Source: Tubulanus polymorphus (Eukaryota; Animalia; Nemertea). From it: a DNA stretch of 64,000 nt. The stretch covers positions 9,022,451-9,086,450 of the forward strand of contig NC_134035.1 in NCBI RefSeq assembly GCF_964204645.1, in the 5' to 3' direction. Both the position numbers and the translations under genes were made by a program. Shown here piece by piece: positions 1 to 13,300 of the stretch. The notes below the pieces were generated by a model. It saw only the letters and a program-made list of their open reading frames with translations, was not told where the DNA came from and did no database searches. Position 1 is the stretch's first letter; every line of letters starts with the position of its first letter.

Positions 1-629
1 TGTCATCTTGGTTTATCGTAGTTGTGTCCGTGGAGCGTTTGGCCTGCGTATCACACCCGTTCGTCACCAGACGATTAAACCGAGTTAAAACGGCCCGAGT
101 CATCGCTGTCTTTGTAATTCTGCTATGCATGCCTTCGGGGTTTATACTCTATTTCACCGTCCGATATCATGTAACACAAATGAGATGCGTATACATGAAT
201 TATGATAATATGATTTATAAATTAAAGATTGCGTTTTCCTTCACTGTTTTCTTCATACCGGCTATTATCATCTTCATGGCGAACTTTTTACTGTTGACCG
301 TTCTTTATTTTAGACGTTTCAACGGGCGCCGAAGTGAACGGGCAGAAAAGTCCGATTCTAAGACGAACAGAGTCGTCCAAATGACTCTAGTCGTGACATT
401 TTCATTTCTGGTATTATGCGCGCCCCATTGGATTTTCCAGACCATAGAAGCATACGAATCAGATATACCGATCGTCAAGGTTTTAGATGACTTGTTAACT
501 TTGCTTTACGTCACTAATTACGGCATCAACTTTTTTCTCTATGTAATTACCGGTGTCGAAATAAGGAACGAGCTTCATAAAATTATCCTCTTTTGTTTTT
601 GTTCAAGGCGGAATAAGGACTCTCAATAG
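1..629 (+). CDS. Rhodopsin-like (class A) GPCR, 3' part (TM3 to C-terminus), runs in from window edge
   Basis: ORF 24..629 has a DRY-like motif (SVERLACVSHP), TM5 FFIP, TM6 FLVLCAP and a TM7 NYGINFFLY motif typical of invertebrate peptide-receptor-like GPCRs. No introns in the visible part. Confidence 0.85.
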   Translation, partial: SSWFIVVVSVERLACVSHPFVTRRLNRVKTARVIAVFVILLCMPSGFILYFTVRYHVTQMRCVYMNYDNMIYKLKIAFSFTVFFIPAIIIFMANFLLLTVLYFRRFNGRRSERAEKSDSKTNRVVQMTLVVTFSFLVLCAPHWIFQTIEAYESDIPIVKVLDDLLTLLYVTNYGINFFLYVITGVEIRNELHKIILFCFCSRRNKDSQ

Positions 630-1591
630 GAGGGAAGGGGGTCGAGGAGGAAGGAACCCATATCTGTTAATTCATGTTTATCCATCATAAAATCATTGGT
701 CTATCTTTATTTCGGGACTCGTGTCTTGAAAAATTATTATCTTAAAATTACATTTGAAAGCAGAAGAAGGCAATTAGATCAAATACTTAAGAAAAAACAA
801 TGATCTTAAAACCACTTTCGAAAGCAATAGAGACTAATGGTACGATTGAGTAACGTCCGCCCAAATCGGATCTTTTGGCACTGCAAAAATGTGTCCTACT
901 TGACCCCGTATCCGAGTTCAAACTCTCTCCTGAAATTGATTACTAGAATTGATTGTTTTAGTTGATCAAGTTCTGTGTGTTTTGTTCATAAGAATAGTTG
1001 ATGAAAAATCTTCTCTTTTACGTTGTTTGGGATTCTCCATATGTACCGGGGTCGTAGATAAAAAAAGCTGCAGCTTTTATTTATCTACACCCCGGCATTT
1101 TTTGTAATGATATTTTAGCGCTGATGCTAATGATGAATTGGGATCATTTCGAACTGGGAGACCTCTGAACAGAATCATACAGATTCGTAAATTTGTTCTA
1201 CAGAAGGGGCGTTTAGAAACGACTGTCAAACAATTAGTTAGACTGGTTACCGGTGTCTACCTTCAATCATTACGACAGGCAACCAGTCTATCAGTGGTGC
1301 TTCTACTTGAAACTCCGTAGGTGGCAGCACTTTTTGGTCCCCTAGCGGAATTTTTCCAAACTATTCTGAAGTTACTCCACGCCCGTAGATACTGGTCTAT
1401 TTTGTACCGTTGAAAAAGCCGCCATTTTGTATCGTTTTGTATTGCTACGCTAATTAGTTTTCACATTCTCCGCTCACTGGCAGCACCTTACGGCAGTAAG
1501 GGGAGTGAGTTATAAAACGGTTTGATAGGACGCACCGACCCTTTCAGGTATTTGCCTAATACCGACTTTCTGAGAGTTTTGGAGACAGTAA

Positions 1592-3140
1592 ATGATTCGC
1601 ATCATTGCGAGTAAACTTATACCAAAAAGGGTAAGCGCTAAATACAAAAATTCTGCTGATCTAGGCCGCCTATAGTCTGAATACCAGTCGTCGTTACCGG
1701 TCCCAAGTCGGAACCTACGCAACGACGTTGTTTGTTGAACAACGTCTGCAGCTACTAGGTACTAGACTATCAGTCTGATTACTCCAAAATAAGGCCCACC
1801 AAGACTCAAGAGAAGACCAAGTCGGAATCTTGAACACGTTGATTGGCATCGTATAAATCGCATGGCTTTCCTTCTCGGTGTCGTTCTTAAATTTGTCTTA
1901 TTTTTTACAAAGTGACTATATTTTTTACAGCAAATTGCATTTAAAAATAAGTACATTTTTATGGGCATTTCGTCATCCTCGAATGTCGATATGAATTCCG
2001 CTACTGCTGAGTACGTGAAAACCACCATCAACGGCAACCCGGTCGTCATTTTCTCAAAGACCACCTGTCCTTTCTGCACTATGGCGAAAGATGCCTTCAA
2101 AGATATCGGTAAGAAGGGGAACAACTGAGATGGCAACTGGGATGGGAGTTAATAGGGAGGCGATCCTTGAATTTATGTTTGTATTTTGTAGGCGTAGCTT
2201 ACGAAGCCATTGAACTGAATAAGATGAAAAATGGAAGCGAAATTCAAGATATTTTGAATGAAATGACTGGAGCGCGGTCGGTAAGTGATGGACCGGTTTC
2301 ATAAACTTAATCAGAAATGATCAGAACAGTCAAAGTTAAGAGATATTTTGTCATCGGCAGAACAGTGCTAACGATCAAACCTGCTTAAAATCCAATTGAT
2401 AGAGAATCTTTGTCAAAAATCCTTAAAAATGCTTAAAGATTAGTTAAAACCATTCTATGACACCGGGCCAAGGGGCCGGTTTTATAGACTGGTACTAGCT
2501 TTAACCTGGGGGTTAACTCAATTGAAAATGAATTGAGAGTTAACCCCTGGGTTAAGGATAAGACCAGTCTATAAAACCAGCCCCAGGGGTTATCTTAATA
2601 CCCAGCCTATAAAACCGGCCCCTGATGATCATAGGGGCCTAATACAACTTTGTCACCTACTGATTCAATGTATAAAACGAGGGAATCTAGTTATATAGTG
2701 CCAAAGATATTACGGTGATTAAGTTGTGTCAGGCCCCTGTGCATGGGGTATTTTGTAAAGATCAAGATATCGATTTAACTATTCCAGATAACTGGGCATC
2801 AGTGTAAATTAGAACTTCGTTATTACGAACTCAGATACAACGATTCATCGGATGTAACAAATATAGAATTTTGTCCCAAATAAGAAAATTTAATTAATTT
2901 CATACCGGATATAACGAACTATCAGTTATAACAATTTCCAGTCCCGTGCAGTTTGCTCTAACGAGGTCACACTGTAATTTATTTGGCTAACCAAATTGTA
3001 GGATTTTCAAAAGTCTGTGTCTATTTCATTTCTAGGTGCCGCGAGTGTTCGTACATGGTAACTGCATAGGTGGAGGCAGTGAAACTAAAAGCTTACATCA
3101 ACAAGGAAAACTTCTACCTCTAGTGCAGCAATCGAAATAA
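1592..3140 (+). CDS. GLRX2: Glutaredoxin-2-like dithiol glutaredoxin with N-terminal mitochondrial-type leader exon
   Basis: Exons 1592-1630, 1931-2108, 2192-2280 and 3036-3140, all GT-AG and in phase. Translation: MIRIIASKLIPKR|QIAFKNKYIFMGISSSS...VVIFSKTTCPFC...TGARS|VPRVFVHGNCIGGGSE...QSK*. Contains the CPFC active site, (S)VP cis-Pro and GG motifs. Confidence 0.9.
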
Positions 3141-4387
3141 TGAACTTTATTCCCACCCGTGAAGGAGATACTATTTTGTATTATGGCTTTATTTATGTGA
3201 AACAGTGATCGATGATATAAATGTATTAAAATATTGAGAAATCGTGTTTTTTTTTTCAAACAAGTTCTCGCTCTTGAGTTATGTTTTTGTCGAAATGATT
3301 CCAAAGGCAAAGGATTCAGTAGAGGAAGGCAAGTAACCGACAACATCTAGAAAAATTTTGGTAGGTAAACCTACTAAACAGGGTTAAGGCTAAAAAATGA
3401 TACCTTGACATAGTTGACCCATCATGGAGCTAACGATAACAGAACCTATGAACAAATTCTATTGCAGTTTATCAAATGACCCATTCGATAACGAAATACG
3501 GTATCATTTTTTAAGCCTTTAACCTTACACTTAAAAACATAAAATGTAATATGTACAAGACTGAAAAAACAACTTCATTCTTCAATGGACTCTGAAATCA
3601 TACATTATTTATTCATGATCTAAAATAAATAGAAATCTACGAATAGAACGCAACATTAAACAAAATCAGCATCTTATCTTATGATAATGTTTACAATAAA
3701 AGATCTCAGTATATTTAACAAGCTGTTTATGAGCAATAAATAATGAGTTCCTCCAAAAAGGAATGAAATGAATACAGGGTTTGAACTCGTGTATATCCGG
3801 ACATCACAGATTTTAGACAAAGGCACAATTCAATAGACACAACAATTATCAGTGCTATATTGGAATGTGTTCTAGGGCCATTCATCAATTCAAAAGATTT
3901 TTAAACCCCGTGTATGCAATTTTGAGCATTAAGTAAATAATGAGAATTAGTCAACCTTTGACCCTTTCCTTTGAACCCATGCATACTGAATGAATGGCAC
4001 ACTACTGGGGTTGTATGTACTGTATTAGGACCACAAGTTGAAAGGACGGAAAATTCTAATCACAACAACATGTTCGTAACACTGGATATCTACCCTGCCA
4101 GCAGCTAGAGGATCAGAGATCCAGTTCCACAGTTATGAGTTAAATTTGACTTTGAGTTAAAACGTTTAAAATGAAGTGTTTTAACTCCAACTCACAACAT
4201 TAGACGTTGGGTATTTCACTTTCAGTAGGTACCACAGCTCTAGGGCAGTATAACGCTACAGAGTTGAAAGTTCAAGTTCTATCACTACATTCTCAGTAGG
4301 CTACTCATGGGTAGTGCATTCTCAGTAGAGACCTCCACGGACGGACGCTCGCGCATTTGACCTATTCACACGTAAATCCGAAGTGTT

Positions 4388-7300
4388 TTAATCGCGAGAA
4401 CTGAATGTAAACGAGCGTCGAACGGTTTGTGAACTACTATTACAATGTACGGTCAGATAGGCGTTAGTGTTCATTATACGAGTCGTATCCGTCAACGCAT
4501 TCACTCCAAATACATGTAGATGACACAAACTGAAATTTAAAATATCAAACTATCATTAGAAACGGTAATATTGTACGACGAGCATACGACAGGGCGACCA
4601 CTTTCATTTGACTCGCTTTTTCCCTGACATGTAAGTCGTTTTCCCTGATTTGATCTGCTTAGAATCAAATCAATCACGCAGTCAAATACGTATGACATAG
4701 ATGGAAGCCGTTTGATTTTACGCGCGATCTAACAATCTCGATCAATTTCCCTGATTTTTAGCTTTTTTACAAAATACCCTGACTTTTTTTTCGAGAAAAA
4801 GAAAATTCCCTGAACTTCTCCCTAATTTCTAGGAGAGTGGCCACCCTGAAAGAGTAAACTCTACACCCTAATAGGTTAGCTGAAATGAATTCTGACGTTA
4901 CAGTAATCTGTGCTCGATAACTCTTCACTTGACTTCATCTGTAAGAGTTAAGCACAGTTTACGTGATGAAAACTGCTACAAGTGAAAGTTACTGGAATGT
5001 AAATATTTGTGATGATTATTGAATTCATTGATTCACTGAAAACCGGTGTTTCTGTGACGCGCACTATTGGTGACTTGTTTAGGGGTGTGTTTTAAGCTTA
5101 CTGGCTGCTGCTGCTGTGTGGCTTAATAGAGGCTTTGAAAAAGCAAATTTTCAAAATAGGTATATAAATGTAACATGCTGATCCACCAATTATTATGCGA
5201 TGTGTGTCTGATAATAAATTACGATCCAGTTCCAAAATTCTAGGCTGAATTCATCTCTAAAACATCGAAAATGAATTTTAGCAGTACTGGAGACAATCAA
5301 AAACCGAGGAACTGAACCGATACGTGCAATTATAGCCACACTCTGTCTATTGTATCTACTAGTAGCTCGTTCACCCACTGTTATAACTCAGTTAAACTCC
5401 TTGCCGATTCTCAGACAAGGATTGACCGCGAGTATTTTACTGACGTGTCGTATAGATTTACAGCCGTAAACATGCAGAGTTTTTAACCTGAAATCAGTAG
5501 AGTTTTCTAGTGAATGAACCAGAGGATTAGGGTAGTAAAATTATAGGGCAATTCATATATCACATTGTCACGTTGAATTTCACCCCCCTTCCGGTTCTTG
5601 GTGTTTATTCACCTGCAGTAAACCCCTGATAAACTGCATCTATATAAATTGTCCAAAAATTGTCCCCACCAAATGCCAAGTTTTTTTCTGAGGCTGGAAT
5701 GTCTGGGGCCAGTTGCTCAAAAGTAAGTTAAAGATAACTGGGGGATAAATACCATAGTAACAATGAACTTTTAATTGTCACTATGTCAACTATCCACTGG
5801 TTAACTCTAAACTTTTGAGCATGTGGCCCCTGTATTTTTCGTGGAACTTGTCAAAATCAACTCCCGATATCCTGCCACACTCTCTAACACCAAAATTCTA
5901 AATCACTGGTATGGCCGCAACTTGAGCTTACCCCGGGGTTGAAGGTAAACTGAGTAAACTCAACTGTAAGTCAAATGAGTTACCCCAAAGTCTCTGAAAC
6001 CGGGGCTTACCGGTAGTCTAGTTCCACATTTGATAATACCTGGCATGCTTGGTCGATTTTTGATTCTAAAACCAATCTGATGAATTAAGGCCCCTTCTAC
6101 ACCATGCACGAACTCAACTCGAGAACCTTTAAATTTCTAATCATTTCTCAAAATGCGACATTGAAATTCGATACTATAATTTTCGTTCTTACCGTCGAAT
6201 ATTTCGAGCGACTTTTATCAAAACATCTTCGGTGAGATCTTTGCAGAAGTTTACTTTCAGCGTTTGTAGATGGCGGCACTGATCAGCGATGACGGACAGG
6301 CTTCGATGAGTGATCGCAGTCGAGCTGATATCAATGTACGTCAGCGTTGGACAACTACTCGCCAGGGTACGAACTCCGATATCATTTATCTGTTTACAAC
6401 CGCTTATATCAATGCTCCTACAATATTTCAACAAGCATTTCATTAATAAGCTTAATTTCCTATTCAACCACTTCGAGATAACTCGTAGTTCTGGTTTGTA
6501 GTTATCTTATAGCTGATCTTTCTTATCCCCTGTTTCATATTTGCACTCTGGCAACCAGAATGATACAGTTCCTGATTGGCTGGGAAAGCGAACAAACTCA
6601 TTCTCGCTTCATGCTCATTGGTCAAATGTAAACAATAGCTGACTATGTTATAACTCTATTGCCACGATTGATAGAACACTTTATCCGTGTTGACGCGATG
6701 TAGAAAGAATCCCACAATGATAAGAAAAAGTCCGAAAATGTAACTTCGAGATAGTAGTTTATTTCAACGTTTCGACTATATCCTAATAGTCAGCCTAACA
6801 TTATTCCTGAAGATGACTATTAGGATATAGTCGAAACGTTGAAATAAACTACTATCTCGAAGTTACATTTTCGGACTTTTTCTTATCATTGTGGGATTCT
6901 TTCTACAACTCTATTGCCAACTACCGACGTAATTCATAGTAACAGGACCGTATTATCAGGAATGGCATTAAACACATTAAATACAAATGCTTTTTAGCTC
7001 TTCACTAGGTTCTCCTAATACGCAAAATATTTGAATGAATTGGTCAGTGGTTAAAACTTAAGTCGATATTTTATAGAAACCTGATTTGTGGAAGATAAGT
7101 CGCGATCTCTACGACAGCGCTGTTCGTAATACCGGGTACATTCGCCAATGCAATCGATTCTAAACCAACACAGTGACGAACTATCTTATGTATACTCATA
7201 TCCTTTACCTGAAAATATGACGATATATTTTCAATATTCAACGTGATTCAACAGGGTGGCTACTTTTTTAACGAATTTTCGAGCTACGAGTTTTCCATGT

Positions 7301-10300
7301 GATTACACAAAATTCCCCGAGTGAATCAGAAAAATTTCTAGGTTTAAAAAGTTAGAATTCATTCATTTTACATTGAATCACGTACTGATGAAGAGAGTTT
7401 TCCAGGTTTTCGGTGAAATTTGTAAAATTGAATTTTCCCTGATTTTTTCCTAGATTTTTCAGGTCAGCGGCACCACCCCGCTCAATGGACCAGTATCGCA
7501 TATCGGACGATGAACATAGAAACTTACATGTTTGCAGCCTCTGATATCTAAATGTTTTAACTTGGTAAGAGACGGGGCTAGTTCACTGATCGCTTGATCT
7601 GTAATCTATCAAAAAATAAGTTAAGATTTAATTTCATTATTTCTAAAAGAGATCCTACAAATCCTAGACAAATTTATACTGTTCAGACGTACCTTATAAC
7701 ATTGTCCTAAGTTGAGTTTAGTAAGATTCGGGCAGTGTTTACCGATGAGTTTCGTACCGCGTTGCGTCACGTTGAAACAACCGAACAGTTCGATGCTCGT
7801 CAGCGTTTTACCGTGTTTACGTACGAGGGATTCGATTCCGGTATCGGTGATACCCTGACAACCGTTCATCGTTACAGACACCAACCTAATTGAAACAAAG
7901 GTTTTAGCTACCGGAACAACAGCTTTAAATGATTTTTTCTCTGACATGTTGTTCTGCCTGACTTGGTCTGGCAAGAATCCAATCGATTAACACAGTCAAA
8001 TACTAAAGACATAGACGGAAACTGTTTGATTTTACACGCGATCTAGCGATCTCAACATATTTCCCTGACTTTTCCCTGATTTTTAGTGGCAAAAAAATTC
8101 TCTGACTTTTTCCCGACTTCCAGGTAAGTGGCCACCCTTTAATTGTATCAAAATGTTTTTTAATCAGTTTGACAACAAAAATTAACTTCCAAGTGACACA
8201 CCAGACTCAAATCTAAGCCCAAAACATGAGGAATGGGTCCTTTTTCAACCTCTCATTCAGATATACAGTCTACAACCCTCAATTATTAGCCAGTTTTGGT
8301 TTTCAGATTCCAAAATTCTGAAACCCTTAAGATAGTTCATTGTTTCAATTAAACGAAGAGTTCTGAAATAAGTAATAATCTCGAGTTTAAATCGCAATGA
8401 GTTGATCTTACTTGTCGGCATTTTCAGCCACCGCTTCCAATCCTGTATCGTTCACATTCGTCCAACTGATATCGAGATGTTTGAGTTTACTGCATCGCGA
8501 AGCGGCGTGCAGTAACACGGTATCGCCGGTCAGACTACCGTCGTGACAGCCGCACACGTTCAAATCCTGCAACGAATCAGCCGAGTGTCGAAACAGCGCC
8601 CGTAGTCCGTGAGCCGTGACCGCGCTACCGGTGCACTGTACGAGCCATACTTGATGCGGTCGATGCGCAGCGATTTCCGACAACCACGAATCGTTCAGCT
8701 GTTTCTTCAACAGATAAACGCTTTTCCCTGAGAGAAAATAATAAAAGACAATGAAATAAATTCATTCGATTGCAGGGAAAGTTGGCCGCAGTTAACATGC
8801 CATGCCATACAGTAGACTCCTCTTTACTTGGTACCAGCAGGGTTCCTACATATCAGCAGTCAATCGTGGATATAAGGAGTTTCCAAGAATATTTCGGGAA
8901 AGTGTGTACATCACTTTCATATCCAAATTACAGTTGACTTCACCTACTGGTAAATCAGTACTGTTTATCTCTGTAAACGGATAATTTGGTGGTTATGAAG
9001 ATATTATAAAATATCTCAACGGTAATTGCCTATTTCTCAAAATTGAGCAGTTTCAGGCATTTTGCTCAAATTAAAAACAAAGTAGGGACCGTGACCAGTC
9101 AACTCTACAGTAGACTCCTTACTCAGTATAAGATCTTCTCAGAAAGCCTCTACCTAATTTTGGTAAGGTGAATTATTTACAGTCTCATTGGTGAGTATTC
9201 AGTGAAGTCGATTCTAATGGATGAAATCACGAAGATGAGGAAACAACAAACTTACACAGCCAATCATCGTTAGCGATGCGGTGTAGATGAGAACACGTCT
9301 GCGACACTCGTTTCAGATCCTGATGCGGTAAATACGACAGAATGTGTAACAGCACCTCCTCGGGGAGACAGAGTAGTAACGAGGCATCGCCATGACTGAT
9401 ACGTGGACTCTGAAAAATCATATCATAACACATCAGAAAATCATACATCGATATCGAGAAATTAATATGTTTAGTGACTCCTAGCGTCTAATATTTGATA
9501 TCTACAATTGCCTAACAAGGGTGTCTGGTTTCTTCCTAAAATAATAGCCCTCTTGGGCGCCTTTTTTGTTCCTATTCTTTGATACACGTAGAAATACATG
9601 TAAATATGTTACTTTTTCTCACTTACGTAATAGTGATGTGACTGTGTTCTTTCAAGAACCGTAATAAACTAATAGTAGTAATAACGATTCATTAACAAAG
9701 TAATCATGCAAAATATTGTTGATTTAAATTGCCCTCAGGTCAGTATTTGGAGCAGGGAGACTATTGTGCTCTATCCGATGGATGTGTTTGAACTATACGA
9801 ATGGCCCCTTGTACTACATTTCAGGCACAGATCCAGGAGAGTGCTTTGGGTACTAGACCCCCATTGCAAAATTTCCTTCACATCATATATTTTTCAGTTT
9901 TTTAAAGTACAAGCCTATATCAAATATGGGACGATCAAGCAGTGCCTAAAAATGCCCAGAATGAGTGTAAATTCAGACTGATTTTCAAAATTCACTGGGG
10001 ATGACCTGGATCAGTCACAGCGTCCCCCCACCTCTATGAAAATCCTGGATCCGCCCTTGCATTCAATGTCTCCTGAATTATGACATCAGGCCTAAATTCA
10101 AACCTATATATATATATTCTGTGTTGTAAACGAGCCTAATTTACAGAGTGAATCACTATTTTCATATGGCTCACTCTGAATTTTGTCCAACTTCGTCGAT
10201 AATGCAACGGTTTCAATCGCACTTGCAAAAACGGCTATCAATACGTAACATATCAAATAAAAATATGCATTACGCAATCTTCTCAAATACACAAATATGT

Positions 10301-13300
10301 ATCGTTAAAGGTTTTGCAACTGACCATGGCGACATATTCTCTGTATTTTTCAGCGGGTAGTTTTCGTATAGTCGCGTTCGTCAGTATCGGAGGAACTCTC
10401 AATCGAGGAGGCTCTAGTTCCATCTCTTTAGGCACCGCTCCCGCCGGTCCGAGCCACGACGACGATCTCGAAGCCGCGGTTGTCGTCATATGTTTCTTAG
10501 TCGTACCAGAATTAGGCCTGAAATACGAAATACTTGTAAATGTCATTATCGGGCCTTTGAGAAATCAGGGTGACCACTTTTATTTGACTCGCTTTTTCCC
10601 TGACTTTTGATTCCTGACTTTTTGAATCCAATCAATTAACACAGTCAAATATGTAAAAACATAGACAGAGACTGTTTGGCTATATAGCTATCTCATCAAA
10701 TTTCCCCGCATTTTTACAAAATTCCCTGACTTTAAAGATAAGAAAATTCCCCGACTTTTCCCTGATTTCCAGTTACGTGCGTAGCCACCCTAGAAATAGT
10801 AGAATCTACTTCAATCACGACTGACAGAATCCATGCAGTTTACGAGAAGCTAAACGTAATATTACGCATGAAAAATCGAATTACCTTTTTACATCAGCAC
10901 TCGCTGGACGTTGCTTCTTTTTACCGCTTGAAGGTCGACTTCCCTGTTTTTCCGATTTCCTTACGTCTAAACTCGACCTTAAGATAAATTATCAAACAAA
11001 CTCAAACAGAGCCGAAAGCGATAGCAGAAATCTGAGGAAGACTTCGATATATCAACGTACCAAGTGTTCAGTTCACCGGGATTGAATGAGTTCCAGGCTA
11101 GGTTCGATTTTTCCCAGTGTCGTTTATGGCGCTGTGGTTCAGCACTTGATTGTATTTTACCCGCCGATTTCGGACGCTGTTCTTTCTTACTAACTCCAGC
11201 AGGAGGAGCAGCTGGAGGAGTCGTCCGTGATGGAATCAGTTTCTCGTTGCTTTTCTTAGCTTTAACTCGTTTATCATCTATTAATCTCGCTAGGAACGAT
11301 TTATAACCGCCGACTTCTGTTACGCTCTCATCATCGTTATCATCATCATCCTCCTTATTCTCAATGACTTTAGACGAGACTGCCGCGGCGAACTCGCGCG
11401 TGAAACCCGCGTCCAGATCATCCAGATTCGGTTCGGCGACGATTTTACCGAGATCATCTACGCGAGGAGTCTTCTCATCGTCTTCATCATCATCGTCGTC
11501 GTCATCGTACACTCCGAGCGATTTAAAATCTAAAGACTTACCGATGACGTCTGCGGCTTTTTCGACGTCCGTTTTATCGAGCTTGTCGAAGGGTTGTACG
11601 CACGTGAGGTCGTCCTCGCTGGAACTCTGATTCAGGTCGATTTCCGGCACGTTCGCGTCTTGTCGACTGATCCGCCGATTGGTCAGTTCGGCCGCCGAGC
11701 TGGCGCGCGCGAACACCTCGAATTCGAAGTCGCTGCTGACGCTCGTCTTCAATTTAGCGCCGTTCTTCTTTTTACCGTCGTTGTTGTCCAAGTCGCTGCT
11801 CAGCGATAGATTCAGGGATAGTTCGCGCCGTAAATGCGAAGGTAATCTCGGTTTCGGCTTCGGGCTCTCGATCGACCCTTCAAACTGCAACAGTTCGAAA
11901 GCCTTTTTAACGTCTTTCGGCGGCAAGGATTTAAACATCTCTTCCACAAGTGCTGGTTGATGGTTCTCCTCGTGATCAGCTTGCTGGGATTTATTTTCCG
12001 GCGCGAATTCTTTCGCGTTCTTCCTTGATTTGTCCGTACTCGGTTTCACTGACGACGCATTCCGATTTTTCCAGTCGATAAAATCATCCGATTCTAACAA
12101 TTCGGTGAATATCGAATCCGCCGTCGTGGTGACGCTTTGTCGAAGTTGTTTCGGCGTTTCGACGAGTGGCGACGAATTCCGTTCTTCGTTCTCAGCGGAA
12201 TTCTCGTCATTCCCGTCACCGGATCCGGCGGTTGAATCTCTCTTCGCTTGTTCTTCCGCCGCGACAAACGGCGTCATATCCGCGACGACTTTACACACGG
12301 ACAAATCCTGAAACTGCGCGAACAACTCATCAGCCTTCGACCGATCCTCATTTATCTTCCACAAATCACCATTGGTCTTCGACTGCTCTTCATCAGCCTT
12401 TGAACAATCCTCATTCACGTTCGACAGATCCTCGGTCATCTTTGACCACTCGTCGTCTGCCTTGAGTCGATCTTCGCTCTTTTCGATTTCATCTCTGCGC
12501 GCCTCGTTCGTCCAACCCAATCCGACGAGGTGTTTATCCATATTCTCGTAAGACGTGTCGTGCTCGGCAGATGCGGCTACGGCAGACGCGGCTACAGCAG
12601 ACGCGGTTACGGCAGACGCGGCTACAGCAGACGCAGCTACAGCAGACGCGGGTTGTAGTATGAACTGATTCCAGCCGTCGTGTATTTGACTATTCGAATC
12701 GTCGTGTTGCTGCGGGTAGTGATAATGTTCGTTTTGATCGAGATCGAAATTCACCGACCGTCGTCCGTTCGACGCTGGCGCCGCCATCAACTGATCAATA
12801 TCCGCCGATGACCGTTCCGGTTTTTTATCGTCGTCGGTTTTCGAGAATGAATCGACGACGTCGTCCGGCGACGACGACAAATCTTTACGATCGCTATCGT
12901 CGCTCGTCGATTTCAAACTCGATTTTTTCGAAGTTTTCGATTTCTTCCTCGACGGCACGGACGTCGGTTGAATTCCAATCAGAACGCAACCGCAATCTAA
13001 ACACCACGTCACGTACGGTCGATTCAACGTCGAACAATCCGGGCACACTATCGCCACCTTTTGAGCGTCGGCCGAATGATCGCCGACGTTGAAGTGAGCT
13101 TCGTGTTTACGCAGCGGATCCGGTAGATTTCGTCCGTCGTCCAAAAATGGCAAAGTCGACGTTTTCGGCAGCGGGTTGATCAGCCCGATATCGATGCCTA
13201 ACTTTTCGAGTTTATCGGTCAAACCGCTGACCTTCGTGAAAACGGTTGTTCCATTGTCGGTCGTCGCGTCGACTGATTGACCAGTCGACCGGTTAAAACT

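Noticed and set aside
1862-1960. In-frame ATG...TGA upstream of glutaredoxin suggesting a selenocysteine or readthrough leader
   Set aside because: The TGA at 1913-1915 lies just upstream of a good acceptor (ttttttacag at 1930) used by the 1592-1630 exon. It is far from the active site and no SECIS was recognised.
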